Source: Eledone cirrhosa
Taxonomy: Eukaryota
NCBI GenBank assembly: GCA_964016885.1
Contig: OZ024741.1
Span: 388,182,001-388,246,000 of the forward strand
Length of the DNA: 64,000 nucleotides
Direction: 5' to 3'
The position numbers were made by a program, and so were the translations under genes. The number at the start of each line of letters is the position of its first letter. The stretch's first letter is position 1. The notes under the pieces were generated by a model. That model did not search any database, had not been told where the DNA came from, and was given only the letters and a program-made list of their open reading frames with translations. This document shows, in pieces, positions 40,401 through 55,400 of this stretch.

Positions 40401-43400
40401 ACATTGAGAAAGCCTCTACCCAATATCCTGGCTATCTAACAACCAACATTGAGAAAGCCTCTACCCAATATCCTGGCCGTCTAACAACCAACATTGAGAA
40501 AGCCTCTACCCAATATCCTGGCCGTCTAACAACCAACATTGAGAAAGCCTCTACCCAATATCCTGGCTATCTAATAACCAACATTGAGAAAGCCTCTACC
40601 CAATATCCTGGCTATCTAACAACCCACATTGAGAAAGCCTCTACCCAATATTCTGGCTATCTAACAACCAACATTAAGAAAGCCTCTACCCAATGTCCTG
40701 GCTGTCTAACAACCCACATTGAGAAAGCCTCTACCCAATATCCTGGCTGTCTAACAACCAACATTGAGAAAGCCTCTACCCAATATCCTGGCTATCTAAC
40801 AACCAACATTAAGAAAGCCTCTACCCAATGTCCTGGCTATCTAACAACCAACATTGAGAAAGCCTCTACCCAATATCCTGGCTGTCTAACAACCAACATT
40901 GAGAAAGCCTCTACCCAATATCCTGGGTGTCTAACAACCAACATTGAGAAAGCCTCTACCCAATATCCTGGCTGTCTAACAACCCACATTGAGAAAGCCT
41001 CTACCCAATATCCTGGCCATCTAACAACCCGCATTGAGAAAGTCTCTACCCAATGTCCTGGCTATCTAACAACCCACATTGAGAAAGCCTCTACCCAATA
41101 TCCTGGCTATCTAACAACCAACATTGAGAAAGCCTCTACCCAATATTCTGGCTATCTAACAACCAACATTGAGAAAGCCTCTACTCAACATCCTGGCCAT
41201 CTAACAACCAACATTGAGATAGCCTCTACCCAATGTCCTGGCTATCTAACAACCAACATTGAGAAAGCCTCTACCCAATGTCCTGGCTATCTAACAACCA
41301 ACATTATGAAAGCCTCTACCCAATGTCCTGGCTATCTAACAACCAACATTGAGAAAGCCTCTACCCAATATCCTGGCTGTCTAACAACCAGCATTGAGAA
41401 AGCCTCTACCCAATATCCTGGCTGTCTAACAACCAACATTGAGAAAGCCTCTACCCAATATCCTGTCTGTCTAACAACCCACATTGAGAAAGCCTCTACC
41501 CAATATCCTGGCCATCTAACAACCCGCATTGAGAAAGTCTCTTCCCAATGTCCTGGCTATCTAACAACCCACATTGAGAAAGCCTCTACCCAATATCCTG
41601 GCTATCTAACAACCCACATTGAGAAAGCCTCTACCCAATATCCTGGCTATCTAACAACCCACATTGAGAAAGCCTCTACCCAATATCCTGGCTATCTAAC
41701 AACCCACATTGAGAAAGCCTCTACCCAATATCCTGGCTATCTAACAACCAACATTGAGAAAGCCTCTACCCAATATCCTGGTCGTCTAACAACCAACATT
41801 GAGAAAGCCTCTACCCAATATCCTGGCTATCTAACAACCAACATTGAGAAAGCCTCTACCCAATATCCTGGCTATCTAACAACCCACATTGAGAAAGCCT
41901 CTACCCAATATCCTGGCTATCTAACAACCCACATTGAGAAAGCCTCTACCCAATATCCTGGCTATCTAACAACCAACATTGAGAAAGCCTCTACCCAATA
42001 TCCTGTCCGTCTAACAACCAACATTGAGAAAGCCTCTACCCAATATCCTGGCTATCTAACAACCAACATTGAGGAAGCCTCTACCCAATATCCTGGCTAT
42101 CTAACAACCCACATTGAGAAATCCTCTACCCAATATCCTGGCCATCTAACAACCCGCATTGAGAAAGTCTCTACCCAATATCCTGGCTATCTAACAACCC
42201 ACATTGAGAAAGCCTCTACCCAATATCCTGGCTATCTAACAACCCACATTGAGAAAGCCTCTACCCAATATCCTGGCTATCTACCAACCCACATTGAGAA
42301 AGCCTCTACCCAATATCCTGGCTATCTAACAACCAACATTGAGAAAGCCTCTACCCAATATGCTGGCTATCTAACAACACACATTGAGAAAGCCTCTACC
42401 CAATGTCCTGGCCATCTAACAACCAACATTGAGAAAGCCTCTACCCAATATCCTGGCTATCTAACAACCAACATTAAGAAAGCCTCTACCCAATGTCCTG
42501 GCTGTCTAACAACCCACATTGAGAAAGCCTCTACCCAATATCCTGGCCATCTAACAACCAACATTGAGAAAGCCTCTACCCAATGTCCTGGCTATCTAAC
42601 AACCAACATTGAGAAAGCCTCTACCCAATATCCTGGCTGTCTAACAACCAACATTGAGAAAGCCTCTACCCAATATTCTGGCTATCTAACAACCAACATT
42701 AAGAAAGCCTCTACCCAATGTCCTGGCTGTCTAACAACCCACATTGAGAAAGCCTCTACCCAATATCCTGGCCATCTAACAACCAACGTTGAGAAAGCCT
42801 CTACCCAATGTCCTGGCTATCTAACAACCAACATTGAGAAAGCCTCTACCCAATATCCTGGCTGTCTAACAACCCACATTGAGAAAGCCTCTACCCAATA
42901 TCCTGGTCGTCTAACAACCAACATTGAGAAAGCCTCTACCCAATATCCTGGCTATCTAACAACCAACATTGAGAAAGCCTCTACCCAATATCCTGGCTAT
43001 CTAACAACCCACATTGAGAAAGCCTCTACCCAATATCCTGGCTATCTAACAACCAACATTGAGAAAGCCTCTACCCAATATCCTGTCCGTCTAACAACCA
43101 ACATTGAGAAAGCCTCTACCCAATATCCTGGCTATCTAACAACCAACATTGTGAAAGCCTCTACCCAATATCCTGGCTATCTAACAACCCACATTGAGAA
43201 AACCTCTACCCAATATCCTGGCCATCTAACAACCCGCATTGAGAAAGTCTCTACCCAATATCCTGGCTATCTAAGAACCCACATTGAGAAAGCCTCTACC
43301 CAATATCCTGGTCGTCTAACAACCAACATTGAGAAAGCCTCTACCCAATATCCTGGCTATCTAACAACCAACATTGAGAAAGCCTCTACCCAATATCCTG

Positions 43401-46400
43401 GCTGTCTAACAACCAGCATTGAGAAAGCCTCTACCCAATATCCTGGCTGTCTAACAACCAACATTGAGAAAGCCTCTACCCAATATCCTGGCTGTCTAAC
43501 AACCCACATTGAGAAAGCCTCTACCCAATATCCTGGCCATCTAACAACCCGCATTGAGAAAGTCTCTACCCAATGTCCTGGCTATCTAACAACCCACATT
43601 GAGAAAGCCTCTACCCAATATCCTGGCTATCTAACAACCCACATTGAGAAAGCCTCTACCCAATATCCTGGCTATCTAACAACCCACATTGAGAAAGCCT
43701 CTACCCAATATCCTGGCTATCTAACAACCCACATTGAGAAAGCCTCTACCCAATATCCTGGCTATCTAACAACCAACATTGAGAAAGCCTCTACCCAATA
43801 TCCTGGTCGTCTAACAACCAACATTGAGAAAGCCTCTACCCAATATCCTGGCTATCTAACAACCAACATTGAGAAAGCCTCTACCCAATATCCTGGCTAT
43901 CTAACAACCCACATTGAGAAAGCCTCTACCCAATATCCTGGCTATCTAACAACCCACATTGAGAAAGCCTCTACCCAATATCCTGGCTATCTAACAACCA
44001 ACATTGAGAAAGCCTCTACCCAATATCCTGTCCGTCTAACAACCAACATTGAGAAAGCCTCTACCCAATATCCTGGCTATCTAACAACCAACATTGTGAA
44101 AGCCTCTACCCAATATCCTGGCTATCTAACAACCCACATTGAGAAATCCTCTACCCAATATCCTGGCCATCTAACAACCCGCATTGAGAAAGTCTCTACC
44201 CAATATCCTGGCTATCTAACAACCCACATTGAGAAAGGCTCTACCCAATATCCTGGCTATCTAACAATCCACATTGAGAAAGCCTCTACCCAATATCCTG
44301 GCTATCTACCAACCCACATTGAGAAAGCCTCTACCCAATATCCTGGCTATCTAACAACCAACATTGAGAAAGCCTCTACCCAATATCCTGGCCGTCTAAC
44401 AACCAACATTGAGAAAGCCTCTACCCAATATCCTGGCCGTCTAACAACCAACATTGAGAAAGCCTCTACCCAATATCCTGGCTATCTAATAACCAACATT
44501 GAGAAAGCCTCTACCCAATATCCTGGCTATCTAACAACCCACATTGAGAAAGCCTCTACCCAATATTCTGGCTATCTAACAACCAACATTAAGAAAGCCT
44601 CTACCCAATGTCCTGGCTGTCTAACAACCCACATTGAGAAAGCCTCTACCCAATATCCTGGCTGTCTAACAAGCAACATTGAGAAAGCCTCTACCCAATA
44701 TCCTGGCTATCTAACAACCAACATTGAGAAAGCCTCTACCCAATATCCTGGCTATCTAACAACCAACATCAAGAAAGCCTCTACCCAATGTCCTGGCTAT
44801 CTAACAACCAACATTGAGAAAGCCTCTACCCAATATCCTGGCTGTCTAACAACCAACATTGAGAAAGCCTCTACCCAATATCCTGGCTGTCTAACAACCA
44901 ACATTGAGAAAGCCTCTACCCAATATCCTGGCTGTCTAACAACCCACATTGAGAAAGCCTCTACCCAATATCCTGGCCATTCTAACAACCCGCATTGAGA
45001 AAGTCTCTACCCAATGTCCTGGCTATCTAACAACCCACATTGAGAAAGCCTCTACCCAATATCCTGGCTATCTAACAACCCACATTGAGAAAGCCTCTAC
45101 CCAATATCCTGGCTATCTAACAACCAACATTGAGAAAGCCTCTACCCAATATTCTGGCTATCTAACAACCAACATTGAGAAAGCCTCTACTCAACATCCT
45201 GGCCATCTAACAACCAACATTGAGATAGCCTCTACCCAATGTCCTGGCTATCTAACAACCAACATTGAGAAAGCCTCTACCCAATGTCCTGGCTATCTAA
45301 CAACCAACATTATGAAAGCCTCTACCCAATGTCCTGGCTATCTAACAACCAACATTGAGAAAGCCTCTACCCAATATCCTGGCTATCTAACAACCCACAT
45401 TGAGAAAGCCTCTACCCAATATCCTGGCTATCTAACAACCCACATTGAGAAAGCCTCTACCCAATATCCTGGCTATCTACCAACCCACATTGAGAAAGCC
45501 TCTACCCAATATCCTGGCTATCTAACAACCAACATTGAGAAAGCCTCTACCCAATATCCTGGCCGTCTAACAACCAACATTGAGAAAGCCTCTACCCAAT
45601 ATCCTGGCCGTCTAACAACCAACATTGAGAAAGCCTCTACCCAATATCCTGGCTATCTAATAACCAACATTGAGAAAGCCTCTACCCAATATCCTGGCTA
45701 TCTAACAACCCACATTGAGAAAGCCTCTACCCAATATTCTGGCTATCTAACAACCAACATTAAGAAAGCCTCTACCCAATGTCCTGGCTGTCTAACAACC
45801 CACATTGAGAAAGCCTCTACCCAATATCCTGGCTGTCTAACAACCAACATTGAGAAAGCCTCTACCCAATATCCTGGCTATCTAACAACCAACATTAAGA
45901 AAGCCTCTACCCAATGTCCTGGCTATCTAACAACCAACATTGAGAAAGCCTCTACCCAATATCCTGGCTGTCTAACAACCAACATTGAGAAAGCCTCTAC
46001 CCAATATCCTGGGTGTCTAACAACCAACATTGAGAAAGCCTCTACCCAATATCCTGGCTGTCTAACAACCCACATTGAGAAAGCCTCTACCCAATATCCT
46101 GGCCATCTAACAACCCGCATTGAGAAAGTCTCTACCCAATGTCCTGGCTATCTAACAACCCACATTGAGAAAGCCTCTACCCAATATCCTGGCTATCTAA
46201 CAACCAACATTGAGAAAGCCTCTACCCAATATTCTGGCTATCTAACAACCAACATTGAGAAAGCCTCTACTCAACATCCTGGCCATCTAACAACCAACAT
46301 TGAGATAGCCTCTACCCAATGTCCTGGCTATCTAACAACCAACATTGAGAAAGCCTCTACCCAATGTCCTGGCTATCTAACAACCAACATTATGAAAGCC

Positions 46401-49400
46401 TCTACCCAATGTCCTGGCTATCTAACAACCAACATTGAGAAAGCCTCTACCCAATATCCTGGCTGTCTAACAACCAGCATTGAGAAAGCCTCTACCCAAT
46501 ATCCTGGCTGTCTAACAACCAACATTGAGAAAGCCTCTACCCAATATCCTGTCTGTCTAACAACCCACATTGAGAAAGCCTCTACCCAATATCCTGGCCA
46601 TCTAACAACCCGCATTGAGAAAGTCTCTTCCCAATGTCCTGGCTATCTAACAACCCACATTGAGAAAGCCTCTACCCAATATCCTGGCTATCTAACAACC
46701 CACATTGAGAAAGCCTCTACCCAATATCCTGGCTATCTAACAACCCACATTGAGAAAGCCTCTACCCAATATCCTGGCTATCTAACAACCCACATTGAGA
46801 AAGCCTCTACCCAATATCCTGGCTATCTAACAACCAACATTGAGAAAGCCTCTACCCAATATCCTGGTCGTCTAACAACCAACATTGAGAAAGCCTCTAC
46901 CCAATATCCTGGCTATCTAACAACCAACATTGAGAAAGCCTCTACCCAATATCCTGGCTATCTAACAACCCACATTGAGAAAGCCTCTACCCAATATCCT
47001 GGCTATCTAACAACCCACATTGAGAAAGCCTCTACCCAATATCCTGGCTATCTAACAACCAACATTGAGAAAGCCTCTACCCAATATCCTGTCCGTCTAA
47101 CAACCAACATTGAGAAAGCCTCTACCCAATATCCTGGCTATCTAACAACCAACATTGAGGAAGCCTCTACCCAATATCCTGGCTATCTAACAACCCACAT
47201 TGAGAAATCCTCTACCCAATATCCTGGCCATCTAACAACCCGCATTGAGAAAGTCTCTACCCAATATCCTGGCTATCTAACAACCCACATTGAGAAAGCC
47301 TCTACCCAATATCCTGGCTATCTAACAACCCACATTGAGAAAGCCTCTACCCAATATCCTGGCTATCTACCAACCCACATTGAGAAAGCCTCTACCCAAT
47401 ATCCTGGCTATCTAACAACCAACATTGAGAAAGCCTCTACCCAATATGCTGGCTATCTAACAACACACATTGAGAAAGCCTCTACCCAATGTCCTGGCCA
47501 TCTAACAACCAACATTGAGAAAGCCTCTACCCAATATCCTGGCTATCTAACAACCAACATTAAGAAAGCCTCTACCCAATGTCCTGGCTGTCTAACAACC
47601 CACATTGAGAAAGCCTCTACCCAATATCCTGGCCATCTAACAACCAACATTGAGAAAGCCTCTACCCAATGTCCTGGCTATCTAACAACCAACATTGAGA
47701 AAGCCTCTACCCAATATCCTGGCTGTCTAACAACCAACATTGAGAAAGCCTCTACCCAATATTCTGGCTATCTAACAACCAACATTAAGAAAGCCTCTAC
47801 CCAATGTCCTGGCTGTCTAACAACCCACATTGAGAAAGCCTCTACCCAATATCCTGGCCATCTAACAACCAACGTTGAGAAAGCCTCTACCCAATGTCCT
47901 GGCTATCTAACAACCAACATTGAGAAAGCCTCTACCCAATATCCTGGCTGTCTAACAACCCACATTGAGAAAGCCTCTACCCAATATCCTGGTCGTCTAA
48001 CAACCAACATTGAGAAAGCCTCTACCCAATATCCTGGCTATCTAACAACCAACATTGAGAAAGCCTCTACCCAATATCCTGGCTATCTAACAACCCACAT
48101 TGAGAAAGCCTCTACCCAATATCCTGGCTATCTAACAACCAACATTGAGAAAGCCTCTACCCAATATCCTGTCCGTCTAACAACCAACATTGAGAAAGCC
48201 TCTACCCAATATCCTGGCTATCTAACAACCAACATTGTGAAAGCCTCTACCCAATATCCTGGCTATCTAACAACCCACATTGAGAAAACCTCTACCCAAT
48301 ATCCTGGCCATCTAACAACCCGCATTGAGAAAGTCTCTACCCAATATCCTGGCTATCTAAGAACCCACATTGAGAAAGCCTCTACCCAATATCCTGGTCG
48401 TCTAACAACCAACATTGAGAAAGCCTCTACCCAATATCCTGGCTATCTAACAACCAACATTGAGAAAGCCTCTACCCAATATCCTGGCTATCTAACAACC
48501 CACATTGAGAAAGCCTCTACCCAATATCCTGGCTATCTAACAACCCACATTGAGAAAGCCTCTACCCAATATCCTGGCTATCTAACAACCAACATTGAGA
48601 AAGCCTCTACCCAATATCCTGTCCGTCTAACAACCAACATTGAGAAAGCCTCTACCCAATATCCTGGCTATCTAACAACCAACATTGTGAAAGCCTCTAC
48701 CCAATATCCTGGCTATCTAACAACCCACATTGAGAAATCCTCTACCCAATATCCTGGCCATCTAACAACCCGCATTGAGAAAGTCTCTACCCAATATCCT
48801 GGGTATCTAACAACCCACATTGAGAAAGGCTCTACCCAATATCATGGCTATCTAACAATCCACATTGAGAAAGCCTCTACCCAATATCCTGGCTATCTAC
48901 CAACCCACATTGAGAAAGCCTCTACCCAATATCCTGGCTATCTAACAACCAACATTGAGAAAGCCTCTACCCAATATCCTGGCCGTCTAACAACCAACTT
49001 TGAGAAAGCCTCTACCCAATATCCTGGCCGTCTAACAACCAACATTGAGAAAGCCTCTACCCAATATCCTGGCTATCTAATAACCAACATTGAGAAAGCC
49101 TCTACCCAATATCCTGGCTATCTAACAACCCACATTGAGAAAGCCTCTACCCAATATTCTGGCTATCTAACAACCAACATTAAGAAAGCCTCTACCCAAT
49201 GTCCTGGCTGTCTAACAACCCACATTGAGAAAGCCTCTACCCAATATCCTGGCTGTCTAACAACCAACATTGAGAAAGCCTCTACCCAATATCCTGGCTA
49301 TCTAACAACCAACATTGAGAAAGCCTCTACCCAATATCCTGGCTATCTAACAACCAACATCAAGAAAGCCTTTACCCAATGTCCTGGCTATCTAACAACC

Positions 49401-52400
49401 AACATTATGAAAGCCTCTACCCAATGTCCTGGCTATCTAACAACCAACATTGAGAAAGCCTCTACCCAATATCCTGGCTGTCTAACAACCAGCATTGAGA
49501 AAGCCTCTACCCAATATCCTGGCTGTCTAACAACCAACATTGAGAAAGCCTCTACCCAATATCCTGGCTGTCTAACAACCCACATTGAGAAAGCCTCTAC
49601 CCAATATCCTGGCCATCTAACAACCCGCATTGAGAAAGTCTCTACCCAATGTCCTGGCTATCTAACAACCCACATTGAGAAAGCCTCTACCCAATATCCT
49701 GGCTATCTAACAACCCACATTGAGAAAGCCTCTACCCAATATCCTGGCTATCTAACAACCCACATTGAGAAAGCCTCTACCCAATATCCTGGCTATCTAA
49801 CAACCCACATTGAGAAAGCCTCTACCCAATATCCTGGCTATCTAACAACCAACATTGAGAAAGCCTCTACCCAATATCCTGGTCGTCTAACAACCAACAT
49901 TGAGAAAGCCTCTACCCAATATCCTGGCTATCTAACAACCAACATTGAGAAAGCCTCTACCCAATATCCTGGCTATCTAACAACCCACATTGAGAAAGCC
50001 TCTACCCAATATCCTGGCTATCTAACAACCCACATTGAGAAAGCCTCTACCCAATATCCTGGCTATCTAACAACCAACATTGAGAAAGCCTCTACCCAAT
50101 ATCCTGTCCGTCTAACAACCAACATTGAGAAAGCCTCTACCCAATATCCTGGCTATCTAACAACCAACATTGAGGAAGCCTCTACCCAATATCCTGGCTA
50201 TCTAACAACCCACATTGAGAAATCCTCTACCCAATATCCTGGCCATCTAACAACCCGCATTGAGAAAGTCTCTACCCAATATCCTGGCTATCTAACAACC
50301 CACATTGAGAAAGCCTCTACCCAATATCCTGGCTATCTAACAACCCACATTGAGAAAGCCTCTACCCAATATCCTGGCTATCTACCAACCCACATTGAGA
50401 AAGCCTCTACCCAATATCCTGGCTATCTAACAACCAACATTGAGAAAGCCTCTACCCAATATCCTGGCCGTCTAACAACCAACATTGAGAAAGCCTCTAC
50501 CCAATATCCTGGCCGTCTAACAACCAACATTGAGAAAGCCTCTACCCAATATCCTGGCTATCTAATAACCAACATTGAGAAAGCCTCTACCCAATATCCT
50601 GGCTATCTAACAACCCACATTGAGAAAGCCTCTACCCAATATCCTGGCTATCTAACAACCAACATTGAGAAAGCCTCTACCCAATATCCTGTCCGTCTAA
50701 CAACCAACATTGAGTAAGCCTCTACCCAATATCCTGGCTATCTAACAACCAACATTGAGGAAGCCTCTACCCAATATCCTGGCTATCTAACAACCCACAT
50801 TGAGAAATCCTCTACCCAATATCCTGGCCATCTAACAACCCGCATTGAGAAAGTCTCTACCCAATATCCTGGCTATCTAACAACCCACATTGAGAAAGCC
50901 TCTACCCAATATCCTGGCTATCTAACAACCCACATTGAGAAAGCCTCTACCCAATATCCTGGCTATCTACCAACCCACATTGAGAAAGCCTCTACCCAAT
51001 ATCCTGGTTATCTAACAACCAACATTGAGAAAGCCTCTACCCAATATCCTGGCCGTCTAACAACCAACATTGAGAAAGCCTCTACCCAATATCCTGGCCG
51101 TCTAACAACCAACATTGAGAAAGCCTCTACCCAATATCCTGGCTATCTAATAACCAACATTGAGAAAGCCTCTACCCAATATCCTGGCTATCTAACAACC
51201 CACATTGAGAAAGCCTCTACCCAATATCCTGGCCATCTAACAACCAACATTGAGAAAGCCTCTACCCTATATCCTGGCTATCTAACAACTAACATTGAGA
51301 AAGCCTCTACCCAATATGCTGGCTATCTAACAACACACATTGAGAAAGCCTCTACCCAATGTCCTGGCCATCTAACAACCAACATTGAGAAAGCCTCTAC
51401 CCAATATCCTGGCTATCTAACAACCAACATTAAGAAAGCCTCTACCCAATGTCCTGGCTGTCTAACAACCCACATTGAGAAAGCCTCTACCCAATATCCT
51501 GGCCATCTAACAACCAACATTGAGAAAGCCTCTACCCAATGTCCTGGCTATCTAACAACCAACATTGAGAAAGCCTCTACCCAATGTCCTGGCTATCTAA
51601 CAACCAACATTATGAAAGCCTCTACCCAATGTCCTGGCTATCTAACAACCAACATTGAGAAAGCCTCTACCCAATATCCTGGCTGTCTAACAACCAGCAT
51701 TGAGAAAGCCTCTACCCAATATCCTGGCTGTCTAACAACCAACATTGAGAAAGCCTCTACCCAATATCCTGGCTGTCTAACAACCCACATTGAGAAAGCC
51801 TCTACCCAATATCCTGGCCATCTAACAACCCGCATTGAGAAAGTCTCTACCCAATGTCCTGGCTATCTAACAACCAACATTGAGAAAGCCTCTACCCAAT
51901 ATCCTGGCTATCTAACAACCCACATTGAGAAAGCCTCTACCCAATATCCTGGTCGTCTAACAACCAACATTGAGAAAGCCTCTACGCAATATCCTGGCTA
52001 TCTAACAACCAACATTGAGAAAGCCTCTACCCAATATCCTGGCTATCTAACAACCCACATTGAGAAAGCCTCTACCCAATATCCTGGCTATTTAACAACC
52101 CACATTGAGAAAGCCTCTACCCAATATCCTGGCTATCTAACAACCAACATTGAGAAAGCCTCTACCCAATATCCTGTCCGTCTAACAACCAACATTGAGA
52201 AAGCCTCTACCCAATATCCTGGCTATCTAACAACCAACATTGAGGAAGCCTCTACCCAATATCCTGGCTATCTAACAACCCACATTGAGAAATCCTCTAC
52301 CCAATATCCTGGCCATCTAACAACCCGCATTGAGAAAGTCTCTACCCAATATCCTGGCTATCTAACAACCCACATTGAGAAAGCCTCTACCCAATATCCT

Positions 52401-55400
52401 GGCTATCTAACAACCCACATTGAGAAAGCCTCTACCCAATATCCTGGCTATCTACCAACCCACATTGAGAAAGCCTCTACCCAATATCCTGGCTATCTAA
52501 CAACCAACATTGAGAAAGCCTCTACCCAATATCCTGGCCGTCTAACAACCAACATTGAGAAAGCCTCTACCCAATATCCTGGCCGTCTAACAACCAACAT
52601 TGAGAAAGCCTCTACCCAATATCCTGGCTATCTAATAACCAACATTGAGAAAGCCTCTACCCAATATCCTGGCTATCTAACAACTAACATTGAGAAAGCC
52701 TCTACCCAATATGCTGGCTATCTAACAACACACATTGAGAAAGCCTCTACCCAATGTCCTGGCCATCTAACAACCAACATTGAGAAAGCCTCTACCCAAT
52801 ATCCTGGCTATCTAACAACCAACATTAAGAAAGCCTCTACCCAATGTCCTGGCTGTCTAACAACCCACATTGAGAAAGCCTCTACCCAATATCCTGGCCA
52901 TCTAACAACCAACATTGAGAAAGCCTCTACCCAATGTCCTGGCTATCTAACAACCAACATTGAGAAAGCCTCTACCCAATAACCTGGCTGTCTAACAACC
53001 AACATTGAGAAAGCCTCTACCCAATATTCTGGCTATCTAACAACCAACATTAAGAAAGCCTCTACCCAATGTCCTGGCTGTCTAACAACCCACATTGAGA
53101 AAGCCTCTACCCAATATCCTGGCCATCTAACAACCAACGTTGAGAAAGCCTCTACCCAATGTCCTGGCTATCTAACAACCAACATTGAGAAAGCCTCTAC
53201 CCAATATCCTGGCTGTCTAACAACCCACATTGAGAAAGCCTCTACCCAATATCCTGGCCATCTAACAACCAACTTTGAGAAAGCCTCTACCCAATGTCCT
53301 GGCTATCTAACAACCAACATTGAGAAAGCCTCTACCCAATATCCTGGCTGTCTAACAACCAACATTGAGAAAGCCTCTACCCACCATCCTGGCCATCTAA
53401 CAACCAACATTGAGAAAGCCTCTACCCAATGTCCTGGCTATCTAACAACCAACATTAAGAAAGCCTCTACCCAATGTCCTGGCTGTCTAGCAACCCACAT
53501 TGAGAAAGCCTCTACCCAATATCCTGGCCATCTAACAACCAACATTGAGAAAGCCTCTACCCAATATCCTGGCTATCTAACAACCAACATTGAGAAAGCC
53601 TCTACCCAATGTCCTGGCTATCTAACAACCAACATTAAGAAAAGCTCTACCCAATGTCCTGGCTGTCTAACAACCCACATTGAGAAAGCCTCTACCCAAT
53701 ATCCTGGCCATCTAACAACCAACATTGAGAAAGCCTCTACCCAATATCCTGGCCATCTAACAACCAACATTGAGAAAGCCTCTACCCAATGTCCTGGCCA
53801 TCTAACAACCAACATTGAGAAAGCCTCTACCCAATATCCTGACTATCTAACAACCCACATTGAGAAAGCCTCTAACCAATATCCTGGCTATCTAACAACC
53901 AACATTGAGAAAGCATCTACCCAATATCCTGGCCATCTAACAACCAACATTGAGAAAGCCTCTACCCAATATGCTGGCTATCTAACAACCCACATTGAGA
54001 AAGCCTCTACCCAATATCCTGGCTATCTAACAACCAACATTGAGAAAGCCTCTACCCAATGTCCTGGCTATCTAACAACCCACATTGAGAAAGCCTCTAC
54101 CCAATATCCTGGCTATCTAACAACCCACATTGAGAAAGCCTCTACCCAATATCCTGGTCGTCTAACAACCAACATTGAGAAAGCCTCTACCCAATATCCT
54201 GGCTATCTAACAACCAACATTGAGAAAGCCTCTACCCAATATCCTGTCTATCTAACAACCAACATTGAGAAAGCCTCTACCCAATATTCTGGCTATCTAA
54301 CAACCAACATTGAGAAAGCCTCTACCCAATATTCTGGCTATCTAACAACCAACATTGAGAAAGCCTCTACTCAACATCCTGGCCATCTAACAACCAACAT
54401 TGAGATAGCCTCTACCCAATGTCCTGGCTATCTAACAACCAACATTGAGAAAGCCTCTACCCAATGTCCTGGCTATCTAACAACCAACATTATGAAAGCC
54501 TCTACCCAATGTCCTGGCTATCTAACAACCAACATTGAGAAAGCCTCTACCCAATATCCTGGCTGTCTAACAAACAGCATTGAGAAAGCCTCTACCCAAT
54601 ATCCTGGCTGTCTAACAACCAACATTGAGAAAGCCTCTACCCAATATCCTGGCTGTCTAACAACCCACATTGAGAAAGCCTCTACCCAATATCCTGGCCA
54701 TCTAACAACCCGCATTGAGAAAGTCTCTACCCAATGTCCTGGCTATCTAACAACCCACATTGAGAAAGCCTCTACCCAATATCCTGGCTATCTAACAACC
54801 CACATTGAGAAAGCCTCTACCCAATATCCTGGCTATCTAACAACCCACATTGAGAAAGCCTCTACCCAATATCCTGGCTATCTAACAACCCACATTGAGA
54901 AAGCCTCTACCCAATATCCTGGCTATCTAACAACCAACATTGAGAAAGCCTCTACCCAATATCCTGGTCGTCTAACAACCAACATTGAGAAAGCCTCTAC
55001 CCAATATCCTGGCTATCTAACAACCAACATTGAGAAAGCCTCTACCCAATATCCTGGCTATCTAACAACCCACATTGAGAAAGCCTCTACCCAATATCCT
55101 GGCTATCTAACAACCCACATTGAGAAAGCCTCTACCCAATATCCTGGCTATCTAACAACCAACATTGAGAAAGCCTCTACCCAATATCCTGTCCGTCTAA
55201 CAACCAACATTGAGAAAGCCTCTACCCAATATCCTGGCTATCTAACAACCCACATTGAGAAAGCCTCTACCCAATATCCTGGCTATCTAACAACCCACAT
55301 TGAGAAAGCCTCTACCCATTATCCTGGCTATCTAACAACCAACATTGAGAAAGCCTCTACCCAATATCCTGTCCGTCTAACAACCAACATTGAGAAAGCC